NCBI GenBank assembly: GCA_951406725.2
Contig: OX597834.1
Location: 43,338,001 to 43,402,000, forward strand
DNA: 64,000 nt
Direction of reading: 5' to 3'
Origin: Octopus vulgaris
Taxonomy: Eukaryota
Below the pieces are notes generated by a model, which was given only the letters and a program-made list of their open reading frames with translations, made no database searches and was not told where the DNA came from. Shown piece after piece: positions 14,181 to 27,634 of the stretch. The position numbers and the translations under genes were made by a program. Positions within the stretch are counted from its first letter, which is position 1. Each line of letters opens with the position of its first letter.

Positions 14181-14374
14181 TGTGTGCATCGTTGGCCATG
14201 TTTTCCTCCGTCTCCCCTTCATTGGATCTTTCCTTTGCCTATGTTTGTGACGAAGAGTTTCACTCGAAACGCTAAACCCTCCTTCTTTCTTTCCTTTCCT
14301 GAGCGTCCAATAACACTATACTTGTTCCACGTCCTCGTGTTGTGTTTTCTCTTTGTGTTTTCATGTTTGGATTA

Positions 14375-14378
<4 letters not shown>
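14181..14378 (+). mobile_element. PLE pseudo-LTR-like short element with minimal hammerhead, copy 1
   Basis: Homologous to 38499-38697. HHR at 14243-14277: GTTT-GTGACGA-A-GAGT-TTC-ACTC-GAAAC-GCT-AAAC. Ends TTTGGATTAACTTTA then (TA)n. Confidence 0.7.
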
Positions 14379-14438
<60 letters not shown>

Positions 14439-14451
14439 TAGAGTGAGAGAG

Positions 14452-14523
<72 letters not shown>
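14379..14523. repeat. (TA)n then (GATA)n
   Basis: Direct reading. Confidence 0.95.
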
Positions 14524-14524
<1 letters not shown>

Positions 14525-14984
14525 CATATAGACATAGATATCATATCATATCATATATTACTAAATTTTGAGTGAATATATTTCGAGCATCGTAATGAAA
14601 TATCGCATCGTTTAACGCCTAGGTATGTATGTGTACGTGTTCATGTATGTACGGATATCTATATATATGTATGTATATATATGTATATATATATATTCGT
14701 GTGCCTGCATATACCTATGACATGTATGTAACTGTTTGTGTTTGTGTGTAAATAGCAATGGGGAATATATCGTTTAAACATGGAGCTAAAGTATTATGGC
14801 GAGCTTTCATCCCGATTTATGATTTCACTTTAAGTAATCAAGTACCAGGGGAAGGAAAATGACAACGGATGATGCACTCGCACACACACACACACACATG
14901 AATACACACACGCACATACACTGAGGCACAAAGTCACACACATAGATACACACCAGTATGTAAATATATATGTGTTTGCGTGTT

Positions 14985-15027
<43 letters not shown>

Positions 15028-15857
15028 CTGCATGTGTACTTGTGTATATGTGACTTTGTCTTTGTATGTATTTATATAAAGTTGAATGTAGCCCTGCCTG
15101 CAATCGTACGAATCTTATTTCTCGGCTTCCAATTAACCCAGCTTGTGCGGAGGCTATACTAATTAACTTATACTGACCCATTACGGCCGTGCGAGTTTAC
15201 TTTGCAACGAAACACTTATAGCAACGCTGGAGGTGTAAGAAGATGGGCATTTATGGATGGAGTCGGGGAAACTAGCGCAGCCATGGTGAGTAAATGGAAA
15301 GTTGAGAAGACGAGAAGAGCATTCTGGGAAATCTCTGTAATGGCTATAACTACGATTTGCAATTATAGATTTTCATTACAACTACAAATCAAGCTGCCTA
15401 ATTAGTTATTAATCTGAGAATATATTAAGCAGGCTGTATTTGTCAGAATCAATAACCAGATAAATTCCGATTGTGTTATAAATATAAAATATAACATACC
15501 ACTTAAAGTTTTCTGTGGATTATATTGATGTTTTCTTATAACGCCTAGCCTAAGTGTAATTGAGTTACGGCTATATTGGATGTGTATGTGTGTATATATG
15601 TATGAATGGTATGTATGTTAGGTATGTACGTGTGTGCATGTCTATGTATGTATGGAAGGATGGATTGATAGATGGTTGGATGATAAATGGATGGATGGAT
15701 GATAAGTGTATGAGTGTAGGTATCATGGCATTGATCAACGGCTTATTATAAAATATATTTTTAAAAATGCTTAGTGCTTACACCTAGGCCAATCGAAATC
15801 GTGTGGGGTGAGTGGCTATAACAAAATAGCAGTCAATATCGGTTCATCAGTCTCAGC

Positions 15858-16045
15858 GTTGAGCTGGCAGGATTAATAACGCGCCGGGAAAAATGATTAG
15901 CAGTATTTTTTCTGTCATTACGTTCTGAGTTCAACTTTGCTCTTCGTCCTTTCGGGCTCGGTAAATTCCGTACCAGCTTAGTAATCGGGTTGATTTAATC
16001 GACTTACCCACTTCTTTCCAAATTACTGGCCTCGTGCTGAAGCTT
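15858..16045 (+). mobile_element. SINE family B, diverged
   Basis: GAGCTGGCAG...TTACGTTCTGAGTTCAA...TCCTTTCGGGCTCGGTAAATT...AAATTACTGGCCTCGTGC. Confidence 0.75.
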
Positions 16046-16170
16046 CCACACAATATCAGATCGTCAATTCTACGTTTGCTCTTTCAAATTTTCAATTTTT
16101 ATAGAAACCACGCCATTCAATACATTTTCTTACTTTAGTTCCAAGACTAGGATCGTGTGGTGTTAGAATA

Positions 16171-16300
16171 CAGTAATTCCTCACCATATCGCGGTTCAGC
16201 TATCGCGCATTTAGTATATCGCGGATTTTTCTGGCTAATGTATGTAAATTTATATCGCAGACTCCACAGTATATGGAGGGTTTCCTCGGCCGATAGTTAT
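16171..16300. mobile_element. Tigger/pogo-like MITE end
   Basis: TA|CAGTAATTCCTCACCATATCGCGGTTCAGCTATCGCG... with repeated TATCGCG subterminal motifs. The other end was not found. Confidence 0.55.
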
Positions 16301-16359
16301 TTATATTCTCTCTGTAAATAAATCATTATATAATAAAAATAGACATTTTCTATTTAGGT

Positions 16360-16911
16360 AGGAACAACAATAACAACAGCAGCTGTAATACCACGAATAA
16401 AAGTAATAAACTCCATAGCCACCCCAAATTAGGTAAAGGTAATACTCAGAACCATAATAGGCCCACCAGCAAGTAATTCTCCCTTACAGCAAATCGATGT
16501 GACTGTAGGAATAATGATACTTATGCCCTTAGAAATACCTGTAAAAGTAACAATGTAATTTACCAGTGCACTGCCACAACACAGTTTAGTAAAATGATAT
16601 ACATAGGAGCTACCCAAAATGAAATGAAGAGTAGACACGCACAAACACTCTTTTAGAAATAGAAATAGGATTAACTCGACTGGATTAAGTAAATATATTT
16701 GGGAACTTAAAGACAAAGATACTAGATTCACTTTAGAATGGAAAGTCCTCGCCTCCGCACCTTCGTACAATGTAAAAGATAAGAAATATTATCTTTGTAA
16801 CAATGAAAAAAATTTCATACTAGCGGCACAACACCCATTACTTAATATGAGGGAGGAGAGAAAGTAGCCTGAGTGCACAAGGGTAAGCTTACCTTCGCTA
16901 AATATAAATAG
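16360..16911 (+). pseudogene. Penelope-like retroelement (Naiad-like) ORF 3' end: Asn-rich linker plus GIY-YIG endonuclease, disrupted
   Basis: Manual translation: NRCDCRNNDTYALRNTCKSNNVIYQCTATTQFSKMIYIGATQNEMKSRH/(frameshift)KHSFRNRNRINSTGLSKYIWELKDKDTRFTLEWKVLASAPSYNVKDKKYYLCNNEKNFILAAQHPLLNMREER/(frameshift)VA*VHKGKLTFAKYK*. This fits the PLE endonuclease pattern CxC..C..VIY-x12-YIG..R..H..SF..T.LS.YIW.LK..W..CxxC..EK..LN.R.E..CxH. One TAA in the linker and two frameshifts. Confidence 0.9.
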
Positions 16912-17133
16912 CATTTGAGTCCCTTCGCACCAATACCCATAAGTAGAAACCAGAGCCCTTCACCACAGAAATAGTACTTCTTGATATTGAATGAGAGCAT
17001 ATATTATCTCCTAAATTAAAGCTGGCTTAATAGCATTTCACAAATGAGTCCCTTATGGTTGATCCAAGAGTAATATCCCTCTACCAACATATCCGAGTTT
17101 AGATTCCACCCCCACCCATAACAACTAAATACG

Positions 17134-17172
<39 letters not shown>

Positions 17173-18589
17173 TATTCTTCTTATTACAACCTCCTCACCC
17201 TCTTTAATAAAGCCAGTTCTTTCAACAGTAGTAATACAGAGGGTAGTAGTTCTTAACCCCCAATATTTAATCCCCCCTATGAAAGTTTTTACCCGTTCTC
17301 TCAGCTAAGGCTGCACTTGAAACTAATTTTACTTAACTGAACCTTCTACACCACGGGTTAGCTTGTTTTTATCAGCTTTGATCTGGACCTTATTCTCAGC
17401 CAGCACACTGGTCTACCTCCATTTATTGTGGATCCCATTAGACCCTAAACATTTAGGAACAGGCCCTTCCCAGGTAAAACATAACTTAATTTTTTTAACA
17501 ACATAATATTAACTGCACAGCTCTCTAGATTCTATCAGTTTGTTTTTGGTAATGCAGTAGATGCTTTCATACCAGCTGTTATTGCCCTGAGGAAAATTGT
17601 GTATGAATGGAAGTGAAATTTTGTGGTAGACCCCATATGGTTGCACCCAAACAAGGGTTAGTATAACAATAAGTTTAGTAATATGAACAATATTATATTA
17701 ATAATAATATATATCAAATAGGATTTAGCAAATTGTAGGACCCTGTTTTTGTAACCATGTTACTAATTAGCAAGTGATTTAACCTCTAATCATTTAATAT
17801 TTTGGGGTTTTGTGCTTTTGGCCGTCCTTTACGTCTAATAGGCAGGAACATTTAGGCATTTACATGTTTGACTAGTATAACCACCACATGGTACTATGTT
17901 GGCTATTGAAGATGTTAGATTTAGCATAAAATTGTAGGTATGTGCATTAGTAACTACTTCCCTTCACGGTAGCCTCCCCTTAACCGTTATTTACTTACTA
18001 TTGCAAGGTTGCCCGTATTTATGTTGAGATGGAGTATAATGATACGAATGGCCTCACCCCACTTACGACATCGACAACTCCCACTCACTTTTTATTTACC
18101 GTTTTATTTACTTTATTTACATCTACCCTAGTTCGGCTTTAGATTGCCCTTGGTTTTAAATTTAACTGACCAATTATAGAGATGGCTGGACTTTGGTCAA
18201 TTCCATTATGGACTACAGCTGGTTGATCTTTAGAATATTTCAATAAGTATACAATTGTAACAACTTTATGGACATGTTTTGGGATAATTTTAATCATCAC
18301 TATTTACAAAATCATAAGTACTATTCTTTCATCTAGACCTAGTCGGGAATCCAGCTATAATTAAGTACTAGTTTTAGTTTCTTATTATTTGCCCACTTCT
18401 GGTACCCCTAAAGGAAGATTAACCCACCAATTATTTTTCTAGTTTATTTGCTAGTTTATTCATTTGCTCATCGATTTCAATCGTTACACTGCAAAATGAT
18501 ATGATTCTAAAATATTAAGCCTTCTTTCCTCATCTTAAGACCCTGTTCTTTCCTCTTCCCCTCCTCTTTTTTATTTTATATACTTGTAT

Positions 18590-18707
18590 TTACTATGATG
18601 AATCTCCATGTACTACATCGAATGTGCTATAAAGATGACGTGTATTATTCTCATAATTTTCTTTGGCGGCACCGACCGACATTACCAGCAGAAACGGCTG
18701 TAAGCAA
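18590..18707 (+). ncRNA. Degenerate type I hammerhead-like motif with an internal SECIS-like stem
   Basis: TTACT-ATGATGA (18590-18601; canonical core CTGATGA) ... GAAAC-GGCT-GTA-AGCAA (18691-18707). Stem I TTACT/AGCAA pairs 4/5. Stem II is not clearly formed. Core is mutated. Confidence 0.4.
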
Positions 18708-18905
18708 TGTTCAAGCTCCGCATTTAAAAAATATTTAACCGATGGTAGTCAATTTGTTGATCAAAAGTTTTCTTCATTTTCTGCTCATTTTAGATTTGAT
18801 TTCTGACAAACTCTCGTTTATTCTGTTATTACCTATATCCTATGTACATAGTATGCTTGCATATCCATAACCATGGTTAACATAGGTAATTTACACCGGT
18901 AGTAA

Positions 18906-19103
18906 TAGAATGGAAAATCCTCGCCTCCGCACCTTCGTACAATGTAAAAAATAAGAAATACTATCTTTGTAACAATGAAAAATTTTCATTCTAGCGACAC
19001 AACACCCATTACTTAACATGAGGGAGGAGAGAAACTAGCCTGAGTGCACAAGGGTAAGCTTACCTTCGCTAAATATAAATAGCATTTGAGTCCCTTCGCA
19101 CCA
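18906..19103 (+). repeat. ~198-bp direct repeat of the PLE endonuclease 3' end (copy of 16734-16932)
   Basis: Both copies run TAGAATGGAAA.TCCTCGCCTCCGCACCTTCGTACAATG ... AAATAGCATTTGAGTCCCTTCGCACCA with few substitutions. Confidence 0.95.
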
Positions 19104-19163
19104 TGGATATTGTTATCGCTTAGACTGTCACTCCAACCGCTAACTCTACTCATCTATACACAC

Positions 19164-19286
<123 letters not shown>

Positions 19287-19311
19287 TATATATCTACATC
19301 TATTTATTGAT

Positions 19312-19342
<31 letters not shown>

Positions 19343-19988
19343 CCTATATATATGATCATCTGTTTAAATGTGTAAGTATACAGACGTATACCTAAATGTG
19401 CTTCTATGCCTGTTATCGCATATGTTGCTCTCTCCTTGAGCGCGTGCACATGAATACACTTGAAGGACAAGGACGGGTGGTTGACGAATAGGTAATTGCT
19501 ACTGGAGGGTAACAATGTTGAACAAGGGTAAATCAAATGCGCATGAATAATTCGTGTGATAAGTTGCTTGAAACATTATTTGAAGTCATTTTCTTTTCTG
19601 TAGAACCATTAATACTCTACGGAAATATTGGAACAGCTGAAAAAATAAGAAAGAAAGAAAATGTAAAAATAAGTTCAAGATTAGATAAGTTAACGGGAAC
19701 GAGAAAGATGATTATGGTTAAGTTAGAATTCGTGTTAGATTTCGCACTGATCAGGCGCCTACATGGTCATTTGCTGTATGTTAGAATTATGTCATAATTT
19801 AGAACAGCAGCTCAACAATATTTTGCCCTTGGCCAAGCCTTAACTGCTCAGATCGGTGACTGAAATCATTTCAGCTATGATTCTCGTTTAATTATCGTAT
19901 ACGGTTCGATACCGAGATCAGGTTGTTCAAAGTGCGTTTTTGAAGTCGTATGTGTTTGAGTTTTAGTATCTTGCGCAATACTGCAGAG

Positions 19989-20844
<856 letters not shown>

Positions 20845-20954
20845 TACATAACCCTAACTACTATCTTTCCCCTACATCCAAAAATTTAAGATATAGGGGC
20901 AAGGTAATATCTGGGAATATTTGTTAGAATAACGGTAATGAAGGTGGTTACGTA

Positions 20955-21356
20955 TTACTCTTTTACTTGTTTCAGTCATTTGACTGCGGCCATGCTGGAG
21001 CACCGCTTTTAGTCGAGCAAATCGACCCCGGGACTTATTCTTTGTAAGCCCAGTACTTATACTATCGGTTCTTTTGCCGAACCGCTAAGTGACGGGGATG
21101 TAAACACACCAGCATCAGTTGTCAAGCAATGCTAGGGGGACAAACGCAGACACACAAACACATACACACACACACACACATATATACATATATATGACGG
21201 GCTTCTTTCAGTTTCCGTCTACCAAATCCACTCACAAGGCATTGGTCGGCCCGGGGCAATAACAGAATACACTTGCCCAAGATGCCCGCAGTGGGACTGA
21301 ACCCGGAACCATGTGGTTGGTTAGCAAGCTACTTACCACACAGCCACTCCTGCGCC
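20955..21356 (-). mobile_element. SINE family A, full length
   Basis: Reverse complement begins GGCGCAGGAGTGGCTGTGTGGTAAGTAGCTTGCTAACCAACCACATGGTTCCGGGTTCAGTCCCACTGCG (Pol III A and B boxes). Confidence 0.95.
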
Positions 21357-22889
21357 TATTTTGTATATTAAAGAAATATAAGCAAATTATTGCTGATAAA
21401 CAATAACAGCAACATCCGATATGGGCCCTCGATGGCCATAAGGACACTGGGTGAGAACAACTTCTGAAGAGACCCCTTCGTCTGCTTTTGTCTAGAGATA
21501 TTTCAAGTAACTTACACGTGTTTTCCGATCGTACATAGTATCAGAAAATCGAGATAAATCACATCTAGAGAAGTTAATGGGTTTTAAAGTGTGGTCGGTT
21601 AAATACATCATCTAAAACACTCTGAGAAAAAATATATATGTATATAATCTCATTCAATTTTTCCTATCCTTCAGTAGATACAACTACACGTATATACATC
21701 TTAACATCAGTGCAGATACAAGCCAAACATTGGCGGGTAATTTTTACCTCGTAGTCCTTGACTATATAATAACATCATCATTCATAAATAATAACAACAA
21801 CAACGACAACAACAGCAACAATAACAACAAAGTACGTACAGAAATGTAGAAACCGCTCACACAAATTCTCGCACTCTAACTTTTAGGAATCCTTGACTAA
21901 TACCAAACACAAATACTAACCGTTTGCAGATAGATATCCACACCAAACACCTTACGCATAAGACTCCAGCTTAAACCATACACACACACAATCATACACA
22001 TATACACATATACACATACACATACACACAGATGACCAAACAAAAAACATAAACAATCCTTTAACCATACAAATTTCACGCGCTTAAGCGCACTACATTA
22101 CTGCTGTAAAGAAATAATCACAAGATGGAAATGAAATGGTTGTTAGAAAAATCATTTAGTATTCGTTTTGACTCTCCAGCAAAAGATAATATAATTATAG
22201 ACTTAATATTGATTCAATATTAATATCTATTGTTATGTAATATTTATTTCCCTCCACCTATCATATTATACTTTGTTACAGTTCTATTATCGATTTTATA
22301 TTTAATAACCAATAGCCCTCATAGCATATGTTCAATATCCATTAGCTCCCATCATATTAGCTATCCATTATCTCAAATGTTGTTTCATATTCGAGATCCA
22401 TTATGTGTGTATGCGTGTGTTATCGTGAATTATGCTTTCTATGTATATGTGTATGTGTGTGTGTGTGTGCATAGGTATATAGAAGTATATGTGTGTACTG
22501 TGTGTGTAAGAGAGAGGGGAAGCATGTGTCTGTGCGTATGTGTATTTATATATATGAATATAGATATATGTATATATATCTATATATTTATCTATATATT
22601 TATCTATATGAATATAGATATATGTATATAGATATATATATATATATATGAATATAGATAAAGATGTATGGATATGTAGCTAGATCTTCACCCTTACATT
22701 TGCATGTATATTTATGTACATATTTACATGTATACGTAAATGTATAACATTTACACACTCGCACATAACACGCAGACACACACATACACATATGCATATA
22801 TCCACGTCTATATACATATTGATATACATACACATTTGTATATTAATACACATTCATATGCATATACGTACACATGTACACACACTCAT

Positions 22890-23014
<125 letters not shown>

Positions 23015-24448
23015 ATAGTCGTTGATATCCATTTTTACTCATAATATATAATATTCAATATCCATTATCTCTCATATTATTTCATATTCAAAAATCCATT
23101 AACTATAATACCATTGTTGATATCACTTAACTATCACATTTTATTATATTTGATATCCATCTCCCAATATTACCAAATTTGTTGTCCATTATTCTACGTA
23201 TATCCGATCGGATGTCTAATATTATCAATATATCGTGAATGTCGCAACCTCTCGTTACCCCCCTCCTACATAAATATGGAGATCCTCTTCCAATGGAAAG
23301 GTGTGAGGTAGAAGTAGAGTGCTCAGAATGCGATGTAAGTACGGACTAAATGCATTACATTATTTATTTTCCTGCAATAGTCTAGATCGCAAGTTCAAAT
23401 GAAGATGGCGTCAACATCTATTTTTTATTCTACTTATTTTATTTATTTTTATTTTGTCATCAAATTTTGTTTTTTCGACAATAATTACAAGAGTTGAAAT
23501 TTCGGGATACGGGGGTTAATTGATTACATCCTCCCCAGATTCTTAACTGCGACTTATTTTATCGTCCCCAAAAGGATTAAAAATTAAATCAACCACAGCG
23601 AAATTTGAACTCAGAACGTAAACATGGAAAAACCGCCACTTCATACTCTAACGGTTCTCCACCGATCTTTTCCCAAATGAGTGGAAATTTATGCGGAAAA
23701 GCGTCGTCAAAATGATGTCGATTTGTTTTTCCATAATGTGTTTCCTTCTCCTTGTCATACTGTATTATTCTCCTTTTCAATTATTTATATTCGTTAATTA
23801 CCGACGAACAATTCACGAATTTCCTTTGACTCTGCGGTTTATCATTACTAGTGTGGTTGATTTCAGGGGTCTCTTCTTTGCATTCTTCTTTCTAAAATAG
23901 AGTTTCATATAAATATCACACGAAACTGCGGTCGCATAATCACGTACATAGTTTTTCAGATGGAGATCAAGATGCATAAACATCACCGTAATAGCATACA
24001 CGTGTACAGGTATGACAACGTATGCAGCTACATTAGCTCTACATGAAATCTGAAATGGTTGCATAAAACCTGATGAGGAAGAAGGGGCGGGAACATGACT
24101 ACGCACTAAAAGACAAATGGCTGAGTGAACTCAGGTATAGTTCAATGGTTAAGAAGGTAGCTTTGTAGCTATACGGTTTCAAGTTTAATCCCAATGTCTC
24201 GTAACTTGTACAAGAATTTTTTTTATATGACGTGGCTCGACTGAAGCACAGTGAACGAAGTGAGAGAAACGGAAGGGCAACTGCTTTGCGTGAGTCTGTT
24301 GGACACACACTTTCTATCCCTGGGTAAATGATAGATTCACTGAATCTCGTAGTTTGAAATCACAACCTTGCTATTAGATTGACAGTATTTATCGCAGTTT
24401 ATTTCCTGCCATCGAGTCGTGTTAGACGATATAAGTAGACGCTTTTTG

Positions 24449-24750
24449 TGAAGGCACGTGACTTAGTGGCTCATGGTTGGGAGGTTTTGAGTTCGATACC
24501 TGACTACGCATTGTGTACTTGAACAAAACACTTTATTTCTAGTTGCTCCAGTTCAAACAGCTGGCACAAATGAGTTGTACCAGTAATTCATTGGTTCAGC
24601 TTTGTCACATTTTGTCACACTACATCTCAATCAGAACTATGTTAAAAACCCTCGCATCTGCGGTGTACTCAGCTACCTGCGCCCTTAATTGCACCATCCG
24701 ACTGTTCCGTGGATCGGATCAACTGAAACCCTCGTCGTAAAAAGACGGAG
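24449..24750 (+). mobile_element. tRNA-derived SINE family C (CORE-like central domain)
   Basis: GAGTTCGATACC B-box, CTTGAACAAAACACTTTATTTC..GTTGCTCCAGTTCA..CAGCTGGCA.AAATGAGT, tail GATCGGATCAACTG.AACCCTCGTCGT. Confidence 0.75.
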
Positions 24751-25260
24751 ATCCAATTTTGCATTCTTATCTGTATTACTACTCTTACCCGTCTTTCGAT
24801 GTTGCTGTTGCTGTTTCTTAAAAATGTATTCCGGCCGTGACCACCCCGTGTGGTCATTTAACTAACACAACATTGTCAACTGCATCTTTCCAATTATTAA
24901 ACCAGTAGAAGGCGACTTGAGGGATATATCACTAATAGTTTTAGCAAAGTGAACAGCCCCAGCAAAGTGCTCGTATTAGCTCGCTGTTTTTATAAATAAT
25001 ACGATGAACCACCATCCCTGCCATAACCTTCTATAACTGGTCGATACCATATATGATAAAGCAGTTTTAATTTGTGAGAGGTGGACTCAAATTATAATGT
25101 TCCTATTATAAAATTATAGAGTTTATATGCAAACAGACTCCGTTCCGTATAAGTAGCTCTATATTCGTTCTGTATCAATATATAATTGTCTTCTCTGACG
25201 TTTGCTGAACACCTCATACCCCACATCTACATCGTTATAATCTTACACACTTTGACACGC

Positions 25261-25297
<37 letters not shown>

Positions 25298-26207
25298 AGG
25301 CGTATGTAAACTGTAATACATAGACACACGAACAGACACACATATCGCACAGAGGCAGCGGTTTCCCGTAGACCATAAGCAATCACACAAACATATACAT
25401 TTTATATAAGGAATATGCTGACACGTATGTGTGCGCAGAGATATATATTCATAGGTAAAGTTGATACAATCTGTCAAATTTATTAAATCTCGGTGCCAGC
25501 TTACGTACGTAGTTGTGTATTTGTGTTTGTCTGAGAGCGTAAGGTGTGTATATGTCTGTATATATATGTCTATATTTATGTGTGTGTGTGTGCGAACGAG
25601 GAGAGGATTGTAACATATACGTGAGTTTATTGCGTGTTAACTTGTGTAGAGTGTGTTGATATATGTAAATAAGCTTCTATACAGATATGAGTATGTTTAT
25701 AAGCAATCACTATCAATTTAGCTTTTTCATTTTGTCTCCTTTTACTGACGCATGCGTACCAGATGTTATAATTTTATCTTCAAATCTAGCGCTTAATATT
25801 TCAGATTGAAAGCAAATAATTCAACGGATTGCAATTCGGTTTTAATGGTTCGCTAGTTTAATCTGTAACAGCTGTGTCTTCTATAAATTTCACCGAATTA
25901 TTAAGGCCTATTTACTTTCAATATATGTATGTATCTTGAATTTTCTCTTTTCTACATCTAAACTAGATAGAGCAGGAAGTTATTTAAGCTTTGTTTGTTA
26001 TCAATACCGGGGCTTGATATGCAGTTATGTATATGTAGGTTTGTGTATGTGTGTATGTGTGCATGTATGTGTGCATGTATGTGTGTGTTTGTGTGTGTCA
26101 GATGTGCGTATATATTCACGCCTGTGTATACATACGCAGGTATGAATGTCGCTATGAACATTCATATATTAATCTATCTACGTCTATAACTATATATTAA
26201 TATATAA

Positions 26208-26245
<38 letters not shown>

Positions 26246-26306
26246 CAATGTATAACACACATCCGTATGTGTATCAGCATATTATATTTATACATACACA
26301 AATATG

Positions 26307-26362
<56 letters not shown>

Positions 26363-27253
26363 AACATACATATATATACATATATAGTTATATGTATGTA
26401 TAGAGGTATGTGTGTATGCGTGTGTGACAGATATATATATATATATATATATATATCATGATAGATAGACATATAGATAGATTGAGAGGGAGGGGAGAGA
26501 GAGAGACAGAGTGAGAGAGAGACAGAGAGGGAGAGAGAGAGATATCGGCCAGCTGGTTACGTTCTGTGGTTTCCATATGCGTGATATCTTTATACAGGAA
26601 GAGGAGGTTTTGAGATCGGATACAAGTCAAATCTCATGTGGGATTTCTTAAATAGAGACATATCTCTTCTATTGAAACTAATGAAGACAATAACACATAC
26701 TCTACCCCACCCCTCTGCCCCACCCCCCTAGAGTTTTTTTTTCTTTTTTCCTACAAGTTGTTGCTGCGAAGTTGTTAATCTCAAATATGGTTCATGTCAA
26801 TGTTGTTGTTTAACCCCGTTTTAGCACCGAATAAACAAATCTTTCATCTTAGTTTCTGATATGTTTCGGGTTTTAGACTGCGGCCCTGTTAGGGAACCAT
26901 CGATATAATCATCGATATAATCATCTCTGCTATTGTCATCGGCATATAAAATCTATCGCTATCACTGACATCATCACCATCATCACCTGCACAACCACCA
27001 CCACCACCATCACCGCCACTACCAACATAACTTCCACCACTCCCCTCACCCCATTCATTATTAGTATAGCCATCGCCAACATTGTTTTTGTCAACATCAT
27101 CATCACTACCATAGATCACCACCACTTCATCATCGTCATCATCATCATCATCATCATCATCGTCGTCATCGTCATCATCATCATCACCAGCACCATTACC
27201 ACCACCGTTACTGTCATCATCATCAACATTATCGTCATCACCACTCGTCGTCG

Positions 27254-27634
27254 TGGCACTCCGTCGGTTACGACGACGAGGGTTCCAGTCCATCCGATCA
27301 ACGGAATTGTCTGCTCGTGAAATTAACTTGTAAGTGGTGGCTGAGCACTCCACAGACACGTGCGCCCTTAACGCAGTTCTCGGAGAGATTCAGCGTGACA
27401 CAGAGTGTGACAAGGCTGGCCCTTTCAAAATACAGGAATAACAGAAACAGGAAGAAAAAGAGGAACAAAGTTGTGTTGAAAGAGTAGAGCAGGGTTCTCC
27501 ACTGCACTGCCGTAGCATTGTGAAACTGTAGGTGTTTTCGCTCAATAAATACTCACAACTCCCGGTCGGGGAATCGAAACCGCGATCCCACTCCCGCAAG
27601 TTCGATGCCCTAACCACTGGGTCATTGCGCCTCC
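27254..27634 (-). mobile_element. SINE family C-related, full length
   Basis: Minus-strand head GGCGCAATGACCCAGTGGTTAGGGCA...GGTTTCGATTCCCCGACCGGG. Tail shared with 24449-24750. Middle shared with 50683-50974. Confidence 0.85.

Larger units (their letters stand above)
16360..19103 (+). mobile_element. 5'-truncated Penelope-like element: endonuclease, ~2 kb 3' region with hammerhead-like motif, and terminal partial duplication
   Basis: Endonuclease remnant at 16360-16911, hammerhead-like halves at 18595 and 18691, direct repeat of 16734-16932 at 18906-19103, followed by a (TA)n/(TG)n tract. Confidence 0.75.

Noticed and set aside
15283-15291. ATG|GTGAGT as a first-exon donor
   Set aside because: Isolated 9-mer with no supporting promoter or exon evidence.
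16912-17080. SECIS immediately downstream of the PLE stop codon
   Set aside because: ATGA motifs are present, but I could not find a properly spaced helix with a closing GA.
23240-23338. Peptide-like YGDPLPMERCEVEVECSECD before GTAAGT
   Set aside because: Upstream in-frame stop and no acceptor with a pyrimidine tract.
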